DNA of 38,784 bases from Mesotaenium endlicherianum. Taxonomy: Eukaryota. The translations under genes and the position numbers were made by a program. The stretch lies in NCBI GenBank assembly GCA_009602735.1, contig WELA01002665.1, positions 61,711 through 100,494 on the forward strand. The letters run 5' to 3'. Under the pieces are notes generated by a model, which saw only the letters and a program-made list of their open reading frames with translations, was not told the origin of the DNA and did no database searches. Shown in pieces: positions 12,401 through 22,800 of the stretch. How positions within the stretch are numbered: position 1 is the stretch's first letter; every line of letters begins with the position of its first letter.

Positions 12401-15400
12401 GGTTTCCAAAATTCCCGCCTGGGGATCAAGCCCCCGGGAGCCGACCTTCACGCCCTCCTGCGAGAGGAGGTAGGGTGCCGCAGTTAGGCCGTTTTGGAGT
12501 GTAGGGGTTGGAAGTTTCGGGTTTAAGCCCCAGAGGACGCAACCCCAACACTCTCCTGCGAGAGGAGCGAGGGCGCCGCATTTAGGGCGTCTTGGGTTTA
12601 GGGGTTGAGAATTTAAGCCCCCAGGGAGCCGACCTCGACGCCCTCCTGCAAGAGCAGGTAGGGCGCAGTAGGCCCATGCAGGGTTTAGGGTTTGAGCTCT
12701 TGGGAGTCGACCTCCACGCCCTCCTGCGAGAGGAGGTAGGCGCCGTAGGCGCGCAGGACCTCCAGGGGCATGTCGTAGAAGCGCGCGCAGCCGGCGACGA
12801 CGCGCGCGAGGTCGCGCGGCCGCACGCCCACGGACTGCAGGTACTGCACCTTGGCCACGAGGTCGCCGAACAGGATCTCGCGCTTGTTGATGGCGCGCGC
12901 CACGTTGCCGGGCTGCGCGCTCGCCCGCCGGGGNNNNNNNNNNNNNNNNNNNNNNNNNNNNNNNNNNNNNNNNNNNNNNNNNNNNNNNNNNNNNNNNNNN
13001 NNNNGGGGGGGGGAGGGAGAAGGGGGGGGAATTTTGACGCACGTACACGCACGCACACATGCACGCACGCACGGACGGACGCGCACGCGGGCGGTTAGCG
13101 TCTAGAGGTTTGTTGGTGGCGCCACGTTGCCCGGCTGCGGTTGTGAGGGGGATGGGGACACTGACACACACGCAGGTAGTCACAGTCGAGGATTTAGGGT
13201 TGTAGACGTGGCCCCCGCGCGCATGCCACGTTGCTCGGCTGCGCCTGTGTTACTCAAAACTTACACACGCACAGAGGTGAGCGTGCCCACACACGTGCGT
13301 GCGCGCGTGCGCTCACACACACATGCACACACGCGCACACACATATACAAATATTTGATTACACACACACGCACACACACATATACGTAAATGTGAATAC
13401 GTACACACACGCACACACACGCGTATAGTCGAGAGTACCTGCAGGCCGAGGTTGTAGAGGAAGAGCACAATCTTCGACAGCCCCGTGTTCTCCATGTAGT
13501 CCGGGATCTGGGCGGCCAGCCCGTCGCCAAGTGGCCGGCCCGTGGCGTAGCGTGCCCAGTCAGCCTGCTTGATCTCCGCTAGCATCTTGTCGATCAGCGC
13601 GGGGACCTTGTGGGCGACCTCCACTGCGTGCTGACGTGTCATGCCCTGGTTGGCCAGCGTCTCCGCGATGATGGCGCGCACCACCGAGCGCTTGCTGTCC
13701 TGCTAGGGCGGGCGGCGGCGGCGGGGGGGCGGGGTAAAGAATTTAGGTTTTTTTGTTGAGGGGGGTGGGNNNNNNNNNNNNNNNNNNNNNNNNNNNNNNN
13801 NNNNNNNNNNNNNNNNNNNNNNNNNNNNNNNNNNNNNNNNNNNNNNNNNNNNNNNNNNNNNNNNNNNNNNNNNNNNNNNNNNNNNNNNNNNNNNNNNNNN
13901 NNNNNNNNNNNNNNNNNNNNNNNNNNNNNNNNNNNNNNNNNNNNNNNNNNNNNNNNNNNNNNNNNNNNNNNNNNNNNNNNNNNNNNNNNNNNNNNNNNNN
14001 NNNNNNNNNNNNNNNNNNNNNNNNNNNNNNNNNNNNNNNNNNNNNNNNNNNNNNNNNNNNNNNNNNNNNNNNNNNNNNNNNNNNNNNNNNNNNNNNNNNN
14101 NNNNNNNNNNNNNNNNNNNNNNNNNNNNNNNNNNNNNNNNNNNNNNNNNNNNNNNNNNNNNNNNNNNNNNNNNNNNNNNNNNNNNNNNNNNNNNNNNNNN
14201 NNNNNNNNNNNNNNNNNNNNNNNNNNNNNNNNNNNNNNNNNNNNNNGGTGAAGAAGTTTAGGGTTCAGGAGATGGGGGAAGGGAAGATGGGGGCGGGGAA
14301 GGAGGAGGGGGAGGGGTAGGGCTGAGGGGAGGAAGGAAGAAGAGAGAGAGAGAGAAAGAGAGAGGAACAGGAGAGGGGAAACTTGAGGAGGCAGGAGTGG
14401 CATGTTAAAGGACAAAGGGAGCATCGCATGGTCACGGGGGGTGGGGGACAAGTTGAAACAAAAGATAAAAAGGTCAACGACACTGAAGGCTTGAGGCGAC
14501 GCGGTCTGATCGGGCTTTGCTGGAAGGGGGGGCCTCAAAAGGAAGGGGAGAGGGCACCCAGCGGCTGAAAAGAGGCAGCGGCTGCATGCCTGCTGACAGT
14601 AGGGGACATATGAACGGCGTGAGGGGGTTTACAAATACAAGCGGCGTGAGGAAAGAATGAAGGACTGTGGGCATCAGGGCAGGTGGCTGTAGAGAGTTTT
14701 GGATTAAGGTTTCAGGGTTTTGGAATAGGGCGCGCATTCGGGGTTTTGGCTCAGCTGTAAAGTCTGCGGGTTACAGCGCGGAGAGCGATTGATTGTGGGG
14801 CCCGCGGATCAACGCAGGATGAAGGGGGGGGGGAATTCGACAGACCCTTGAAAAAATGTTGCAACGCTCAAAAAAACAAGTACGAGGAAAAACGTCGCCA
14901 AGTGTTTGTGCATACCCCCCGAGGCCTCACACCTTGATTGCAACAAGCACACGAGGGTTTTCAGGTTATCAGGTTTTGAGTTTAGGGTGCCGGGTACAGC
15001 TTTGATAATGTTGGCCACCTCGTCCCGCTGGCACTGCTGACCTGGCGAGCGGGGCTTTAAGGGTTTGAGATCTAGGGCGGGTATAGGGTTGATAAGATGA
15101 TCAAAGTATGGCTGACTCGCCCCGCTGGCGCTGCTGACCTGGCGGGCGGGGTTGCCGTGGAACTCCACGCTGACACCTCGGCGCTCGTCGGCCACGAGCG
15201 GTTCCACCATGTCCAGCAAAGCCTCGTCCACATCAGCGCTCCACCTCGTCGCCCCGCTGGCGACCAGGTGGCCCCGCTGGGCGGCTCCCTTCTCCGCCAC
15301 GTCAGCCCTTCCGAGGGGTATCGGCTTCATGGATCCGGCGAGCGGCGAGTAGGGCGCGGGGATGTGACTGATAAGATGGGGATTATGGTTGGGATTAGAA

Positions 15401-17993
15401 GTAAGGTTAAGGTTAGGATTAGAAGCAAACGGGTTATGAGCAGTTGGATTGTAGAGAGAGCTAGGGCTGCTCCTGGGGGTCAAGTTAGGGTTAGGGTTAG
15501 GGTTGATTCTGGAGCTTGAGTTAAATGCAGCGTTGGAGGGGTCGGCATTAGCACTAGGATTTAAGGTTACGCCAGAGCTAGGGCTTATGGCAAGGCCAGG
15601 GTCTAGGGCCTGGCTCGGCCCAAGCCCAAGGCCAGCCGTTTCAGAAACCCTAGTCTCACTAACCCTAAAAGCGTCCCTTGGGCTAGGGTTCAAGAGCGCG
15701 TCGGGTGTCCAAGACTGGGGGGGCCCTAGGACTACTAGCTCTGCTGTCCCTGAAACCCTAGACCTCTTCCTGGGGCCCCTGCCTGTCTGGCTGCCGGCCG
15801 CAGCAGCTGCAGCAGCAGGAGCAGCATCACCACAAGCAGGCGCAGGAGCGAGAGCAGGAGCAGCAGCAGCAGCCACCATAGCTGCTGCAGCAGCAGCAGG
15901 GGCAGGGGCAGGGGCAGGGGCAGCAGCGGCAGGATCAGGGGCAGCAGCGGCAGCAGCAGCCATGGCAGGGGGCGCAAGGGTGACCCCTCCCCGCATCGTT
16001 GATGTTGTCGTCCTTCTCCCTCTCCCTATCCACTCTCCCTCGCCCTCTCCTTCTCCCTCGCCCTCTCCCTCTCCCTCGCCCTCTCCCTCTCCCTCCGCCT
16101 CTCCTCTCCCCTGCACTCGCCTCCCCCTCCTGCTGCTTTTCTCGCCCCCATAGCTCTCCCCAGCTTTCTCCTTCTCCTCTTCTCCACTGCCAGCCCTGCC
16201 CCCCGCTTCACCTTCTGCCCCTCCCTCTGCCCCTGATCGTGCCCCCGTCTCCGTCTCCGTCCCCGTCCCCGTCCCCGGCCCTGCCTTCGTCTCCGACCCT
16301 GTCCCCGACCCTGCTCTTGCCCCTTTCCCTGCCCTCCTCCCCGACCTCGTCCCGGTCCCCGTCCCCACCCCAGGCCCCCTCCTCCNNNNNNNNNNNNNNN
16401 NNNNNNNNNNNNNNNNNNNNNNNNNNNNNNNNNNNNNNNNNNNNNNNNNNNNNNNNNNNNNNNNNNNNNNNNNNNNNNNNNNNNNNNNNNNNNNNNNNNN
16501 NNNNNNNNNNNNNNNNNNNNNNNNNNNNNNNNNNNNNNNNNNNNNNNNNNNNNNNNNNNNNNNNNNNNNNNNNNNNNNNNNNNNNNNNNNNNNNNNNNNN
16601 NNNNNNNNNNNNNNNNNNNNNNNNNNNNNNNNNNNNNNNNNNNNNNNNNNNNNNNNNNNNNNNNNNNNNNNNNNNNNNNNNNNNNNNNNNNNNNNNNNNN
16701 NNNNNNNNNNNNNNNNNNNNNNNNNNNNNNNNNNNNNNNNNNNNNNNNNNNNNNNNNNNNNNNNNNNNNNNNNNNNNNNNNNNNNNNNNNNNNNNNNNNN
16801 NNNNNNNNNNNNNNNNNNNNNNNNNNNNNNNNNNNNNNNNNNNNNNNNNNNNNNNNNNNNNNNNNNNNNNNNNNNNNNNNNNNNNNNNNNNNNNNNNNNN
16901 NNNNNNNNNNNNNNNNCCCCACCTCCGCCGCCTCCCCGGACCCTGCCCCCGGCCCCGCCCCAACCCCTGATTTTGCCCCTATATCCGCCCTCCTCCCCGC
17001 CCCTGCCCCTGCTTCTTCTGCCCCTGCCCCTGCCCCTGTCTCTCCCCCTGTCTCCCCTTGCGTCTCTTCCCGTCTCTCTCCAGGCTCTCTTCCAGACTGG
17101 CTCCAATTCTGGAGCGCAAGGCCGGCCCATTCTTGCAGGGGGGCTGGGGAAGCAGCCGCAGCTGCCGGGGGGGGCTGCTTCTTTGACTGGCGGCGCGGGG
17201 CCCTTTTGACCGCACGTGCGGGGGCCGTTGCGCCAGGTGGCGATGCCGAGCTGCCGCCAGGTGGAGGCCCTTCGGCAGCTGGAGCATCGTCCGGCAAGCT
17301 CAACCCAGCTGGAATAGAAAAACGGTCCAAAGCCCCATTCTCCTTCAAGGGCCTGTTGGGTTGTCCTTCAGACGGCTCTCTCGGCCCGTACGGCACTTCC
17401 GGCACGTTCCCTTCCGCTCCATCTGCTCCTGCCACTTCTGTCGCTCCCGGCACTTTCGTCACTTTCGGCGCTTTCCTCACTGTGGTCCCTTTCCGCACTC
17501 TCGGCTTGTCGTTGCGCTTCTCTGACGCCGCGACGCTCTTCCTGGGAGAGATCCTCGCCCTAGGTGTCTTGCCCTGGCTGCGCTCGAGAATGCCCGGCAA
17601 ATCTCTAAGATCTCCATCCAGGTCTGCGATCGATTTCTCTTTCTTTCGCAACGAGTCCCCTGCCCTTGTGAGAAACTGCTGGCCTAATTCGCTCGCTGAA
17701 GGTATTTGAGCAGCGCCCGGTCCTGCCCCTTCGCTCAACCCTAAGCCAGCAACACGAACACGAAAGCCTCCTAACGCCGACCTTGATCCCAGTCCAGCGA
17801 CGTGGCAGCAGGGGGTGCAGCTCAATGGAGCAGGCCTGAGATGCCCGCCAGCAAAGGGCAGGCAGACCCGGAGAAGCTTTGCGGAAGGGCACTCACTGGG
17901 CCGATAATGCCAGCCTGCGGTCCCGTAAGAGTCGCATTTGAGCGAACCGAACAGATTGGCGTGAGACAGAAAGGCGGATCTCCCAATACACAT
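5709..17993 (-). CDS. mTERF-family (mitochondrial transcription termination factor repeat) organellar protein, spliced gene, partly hidden in gaps
   Basis: Repeated mTERF motifs ([54 protein letters not shown]) and the typical C-terminal [16 protein letters not shown]...CSLNQML.CKDE.F. Exons in minus order: ~17993-15139 (with gap), 13699-13439, 12912-12712, 11838-11779, 10923-10715, 10509-10416, [missing exon(s), probably in gap 8248-9196], 6459-5709. The start codon is uncertain. Confidence 0.88.
8248..9196. other. Assembly gap, likely containing missing mTERF exon(s)
   Basis: N run. The flanking exons (ending phase 0 at 10416, starting phase 2 at 6459) cannot join directly. Confidence 0.7.
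9434..9490. repeat. Compound microsatellite (CG)n(CA)n
   Basis: Read directly; lies in an mTERF intron. Confidence 0.95.
10416..10509 (-). CDS. mTERF gene exon
   Basis: ggcag|(S)[31 protein letters not shown]|gtagcc; phase 2/0. Confidence 0.88.
10715..10923 (-). CDS. mTERF gene exon (two repeats)
   Basis: tgcag|[71 protein letters not shown]|gtgagg. Confidence 0.92.
11779..11838 (-). CDS. mTERF gene exon
   Basis: ggcag|[20 protein letters not shown]|gtgtcg; mTERF FPQVL motif. Confidence 0.82.
12290..12750. repeat. Degenerate tandem repeat (~80-120 bp period) derived from the mTERF exon 3' end and donor, with TTTAGGG-like spacers
   Basis: Unit gggag(c/t)cgacct(c/t)(c/g)acgccctcctgc(g/a)agag(g/c)aggtagg at ~12702 (the real exon end), ~12624, ~12535, ~12436 and ~12317 (partial). 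Confidence 0.85.
12712..12912 (-). CDS. mTERF gene exon
   Basis: gcag|[39 protein letters not shown]...[10 protein letters not shown]|gtcgac; phase 0/0. Confidence 0.85.
13439..13699 (-). CDS. mTERF gene exon
   Basis: tagcag|[40 protein letters not shown]...[11 protein letters not shown]|gtactc; phase 0/0. Confidence 0.85.
15139..17993 (-). CDS. mTERF gene, long N-terminal exon(s): transit-peptide-like start then low-complexity sequence; spans gap 16386-16916
   Basis: Long open frames on both sides of the gap. Ser/Arg/Ala-rich N-terminus with few acidic residues (first ATG 17993). Ends ...[10 protein letters not shown]|gtcagc in phase 0, matching the next exon. A possible small intron (donor near 17896) is not excluded. 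Confidence 0.55.
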
Positions 17994-18047
17994 GCCCCGC
18001 CGTGCGCTTCTGAGACAAATCAAAGGACGGGATGCGATGAACCGCAC

Positions 18048-19296
18048 GCTTACTAGACCTCGCAGCTACAGCGATCCTTGGGCCGCATCGCCTGTCACAT
18101 TCAACGACCAAACATTCTAGCCTAGGCCACTCACATTAATGAGCTGAATCTCATGACCAGGAACGTGAGAAAGAAGGCTCTAGTGGAAGCGGGTGATGCC
18201 GTTCTTGAAGGAAGGCAATGACGATGTGACAGGGGCGTACATTCTGCGACAATTGCTAAGGAAACGTCTTATAAGGCCATGCATTTATAGCTGTCTCGTC
18301 GCTTGCTGCCTGTTGCTTGCAACCTAGCTAGCTGTCTCGTGATTGATCAACTTTCTATTTGAGAGCGCGCCAGGAAGCCTGCTAAAGTCATGTACACATG
18401 CTCTGGCGTACCGCGCTGCAGTTTGCTTGCTGTACGTCTTGAGCCTGCGTCCAATTTGGCCCCAAAATCACCCAAAATGATTAGCGGAAGGAGCAGAAGG
18501 CGGCAGCAAGTGAGTACGGATTTCCAACTTGTAACAAAATAACAGTACGATAAGCTCTGAGGCGGTTAACTAACAGCCCTGATTCATTGTCAAGGGACTG
18601 GGTACCGCTTGGAGCGTGTATCGACGATAAATGCTGACGTCAGGTGCTATGGGGCTGCTTAGGGGAGTCCGGACTCGCGACTTGACATCGAGCACGAACA
18701 AAAAACCCTACTGAAGATGGCAATTGGCAATTGGAGCAGAAGCCTTAACGCTGCAATTTATGGCGAAGGAAGAGTCGCCCATTACTGTTTCAAATATTGC
18801 ATCAGATGCGTATCTTTCCTTCCGGTTCATAAATGTGTGTGCCATAACCACGCTTCCAAATGAGCTCGGTAAAGAAGGGCTGAACGAACTTCGTCCAGCC
18901 CTCTATGAATATCTATGAGGATGGACTCTCCAAGCTGCACAGTTGTACCCAGATAGTACGTCTAATATTGGAAGAAGGCAACGTATCCTGTCCTCGGAAA
19001 TCCTTTTGTTTTACTAATTCCTGCCAGAGGTTTCTTAGCCAGTGGTAGAGGGTGGCTCAACATTTTTGCTGGTGCCAAAGTCTTGGGGGGGGAATTTGGC
19101 GCGAATCGTCTGCAGGAGGCTACTTACTTGTGTATAATTTGACAGGGCCGTAAGAAATATGTATTCTTATGAGGAAGGTGAGTCTTGGTCTTTTAGGAAA
19201 AAGCAGTAATTCTCAATGCCTCAGGGATGCTGCCATACATGCATTTAATGTGGCTATGGCGTGGGAAGGGACAAGCTGCGCAAGAGGAGTAGCAGA
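18048..19296. promoter_or_regulatory. Divergent intergenic region (candidate shared promoter and 5' UTRs) between the mTERF and HAP2 genes
   Basis: The genes point away from each other. The region is repeat-poor and unique-looking. Strong + strand donors at ~18511 (CAA|GTGAGT) and 19178 (AAG|GTGAGT) suggest 5' UTR introns. Confidence 0.45.
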
Positions 19297-19581
19297 ATGA
19301 CTAGGAAAAGCGCAAACAAGTCAATGGACGAGAAATTGCCAATGGACGAGAAACAGACAAGGCACCAAGAAGAGAACCGGCAAGAAGAAGATGAGGAGGG
19401 CCATAGCCACGTGGAGGAAGAGAGGGAGAGAGAGAAGAAGAGCACGACACTCATGAAGGCTTGCAGCAACTTCATTGGCCAAGCAGGTGTCTCAGGACGT
19501 GCCAGGGGGGGTACTACTGATACGATCTCAAGACCCGCCACATGTCGCACCTCAGGCAAAGATGCAGCAGAACTGTGTGCC

Positions 19582-19827
19582 ATGACTGCCACTTGTCGTA
19601 AGCGGCATCTCAATGTGCTGCTGCCGCTACTTTTCCTGGTCTTAAGCCCCTCCCTTGTGCAAGCACTCGTAATCTCAAGCAGCCAGCTCACAGCCTGCAC
19701 CCTTGAGGGGGCAGGCCCCAGGGGTGGATCAGAAATTGCCAACTCAGGCTCCTCTGGCAGCACTGTCGGGACCACCATTGGGTGCTCCCAGAAAATTGTG
19801 GTGGCCCTCACCGTAGACAACGGGCAG
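19582..19827 (+). CDS. HAP2: HAP2 exon 1 (signal peptide and start of domain I)
   Basis: [39 protein letters not shown]...[15 protein letters not shown]; donor CAG|GTCAGT, phase 0. The frame is open upstream to ATG 19297. Confidence 0.85.
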
Positions 19828-22800
19828 GTCAGTTTGTGAGGATCTTTTATTCCTCGGATCAAGTTCTTTTGCCTATAAGACTCTTCAAACTGGCACACAC
19901 ATGCGTTTCCAAGATGCATGTCCAACAGCGTGCCTGGAGAGTGCCAGTGGCAGGCAGGCAGGCAGTTCACTTTCTTCACTTCATTTTAATTGCGCACAGA
20001 AGATTTTTTTTCAAATCCCAGAAAGTGTCGAACATATGAGAGACGTGATCAGTTCCAGGTACCGGTGGCTAGGGGGTGCGTAGCAAAACTTTAACCATTT
20101 CCATCAAGTGGGTTCCAAGGGAGAGGGGGGCGGTTGATGAAAAATGCAAGAGGGGGGAGGGGGGAAGGGGAAACATGTATGTCAATGTACATCCTCTCAG
20201 TCTCGTCGCAAAGGAAACACACAGAGAGACTTGTGGACACTGACGTTTACACCCGCATGATTGAGCGGCCGGTGCTGTGCGGTGAAAGAGCAGACAGGTG
20301 GCGCCCAGGCCATCGAAGCGACGATGTCACAGGTGACAGATGCCAAGGGCAACGTGCGCCAGCTGGCGGAGCCGTACAAGATCACCGTCACGAAGACACC
20401 TGTCTCCGTAACCTACCCCCTCACGTATCTACAGGTAAGATAGTGAGACGAGGTAAATGCACCCCAACATATGAAAGTATATGTATGTGGCGTCTATACG
20501 TCTTAATGCAGACAACATATACTAATCTACCTGATGCCTGTCTTCAGAATGTCCTACGTAGACTTCAAACCTGGATGTAGAAAACTCGCACATACACATT
20601 ACCTCTCTACATCTTGTCTGGATAGACGCTAGTAGCTACATGGGAGACGCTGGCAGTGACACCATGTGTCAAACATCTAACCACCGTGACTCTTTAACTT
20701 GAGAAAAACCAAAGCGTTGAGTATGATGGGCGTTGGTCCTTTGGTCTAGATCCGTGCATGCTTGTGTGTGTGTGTGTGTGTGTGCGCGTGTGTGTCTGAT
20801 TTTGCGATTGCGCAAGAGTACCTCTTCCCGTGGCTGTGCGTGTCTGTTTATGCGTGTGTGTGTGTATACCTGTGAGTGCTCATCTTCATGTGTGTGTTTG
20901 CGCGCGTGTGTGTGCATGTGCCTTTGTGTACATATGTGTGCGTGCGTGTGCGGGCGGTGTGCGAGTGTGTGCACGTCTCTGTGTGTGTATGTGCGCGAGC
21001 GTGTGTGCGTGTGCTTGTGTGTGTGTGCGTGTGTGCTTATCTGTGCCTGTGTGCGTACGTGCATGCGCAGGCGTGCCTGTGGCCCTTTGCTCTTGCATTT
21101 ATGTGTGAGTGCTTGCGTGTGTGTGCGTGTGTAAACGCTTGCACTCTCTTGCGCGTCAACTCTGGCGAAGCAGACGTTCAACGGCAAGCTCTACGAGGTG
21201 ACGGTGAATGTGAACGGGTGTCAAGACGGGGACTACTCTGCTAACCCCACCTGTGGGTGGTTCTCAGACCCCTCCACAGGCCGCCATGTGTACGCCAGCC
21301 AGGTGCAGCGCATGAATCTTGCACCCTTAATCCTGAAAGACTGCCCATACCACGTAAACTTCCAAAACCTAAAAGTGAACCCCTCACTCATGAACCCGAA
21401 ACTTATGATTCTCAAATTCATAAACCCGAACTTTCTTAACCCGTAACTCATGGACCCAGAAGCACAGAGACGAGCACCCGAACCCTGGCTACCAAACTCC
21501 AAACCCTCAACCCCTCAACCCCTCATTACTCATTACCTCAACCCCAGAATCCTGGACGCGGAACCACAGTCCAACAGATCCCTAAATTCCAGGTCAACTG
21601 CGCCTGAAGAAAGAGTTCCGCAAAAGAGTTACGCGAGTGTGTGAGAGGGCGTGAGCGTGTTTTTCTGTTCCGTTGTGTGCGCACGCTCGCGCACGCTTGC
21701 GGAGGACGCTCGCGTTGTGAGCATGTTTGCCGCGCTGTGCGTGGGAATGGGAGTGGGACCGGGAAACGCAAGAAAGCACGTGCCATGTGACCTAGCTCGT
21801 CGGGGAGCAATACAAGGTCTGCATGACAACGACTTGAGTCGTTGACGTCGACTTTAAATTATCAGTCAAATAATTCAAATTATGACGGCAGGTATACAAG
21901 GGTTTTGAGGATTTAGGGTTATGCGAAACTGAGGTTCTGACAGTTAAGGCTTCTTCGGGGAATTTCTCTTTCTCTTCTTTTATTTGTTAAAATTTGTGGG
22001 CAGCCTTTTGGAGCTTGTTACAGACGCCAAAGGGGGGAAAAATAAGATCGCATCTGCATGCTGCGTGTGTTGTCTGTATGCATGTGTAGAAATAGATGTA
22101 AAGACGTACATGAACTTCTTTCAATAGTGTTCCTATAGAATGAATATATATATATACGTGTGTGTGTACATGTATATATGTCTATATATGCGTTCTTAGG
22201 TAGGCGTATGCTCGTGTTACATTGGCTAGCTTTTGCGAGCACATATGTACGTACATATATGTAGATGCAATAGTGTGTATATACACATATGTGTTGATGT
22301 ATATAGTACTCATATGTGTATGTATGTGCGTGTTACGTTGACCTTGCATTTCCATTGTTTCCTTTTCGCCAGGGCTTCTGCTGCAGATGCGGGGTGGACG
22401 ATATTTTCGACCGCTCCGTTTTGGGCTCCTCCTCTAAAGCGTATCGCGGCAACCTCGACTGCAGCCTGGGGCGTCGAGGTCACTTTCTTTTCTCTCTCTG
22501 TCTCTCTATTTTCTCTTCCCCTCTCTCCTTCTTTCTCCCACACCCCTGCCTTCCCCCCTCCTTCTTCTCCTCCCTCTTTCTGTGTGCGCGCATGTAGTTG
22601 CACAGTTCTTTGTTTGTTGTAATTTGTTCACCTTGTAACTCTGCAAGTGGTGCATGCGGGGTGCTTTCGACAAGGTCCAAAGTAGGCATTTTACTTTGAC
22701 TTGGAAAGGGCTATGTGACTGCATGCGCGCATCTAAGCACATGTGACCTTAAGCACATGTGACCTGTTTTATATCTTGTGTGGGACCTTTGCTTTATATG

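Noticed and set aside
12290..12750. CRISPR-like repeat-spacer appearance
   Set aside because: Eukaryotic intron; units are degenerate, derive from the adjacent exon and have no cas genes nearby
19254..19979. 241-aa minus-strand ORF
   Set aside because: Antisense shadow of HAP2 exon 1 with no independent features
20669..21187. Cys/Val-rich and His/Thr-rich ORFs (also 26018-26427, 28401-29224, 31656-32273, 34273-34746)
   Set aside because: Translations of intronic (GT/GC)n and (GA)n repeats, not metallothionein-like genes
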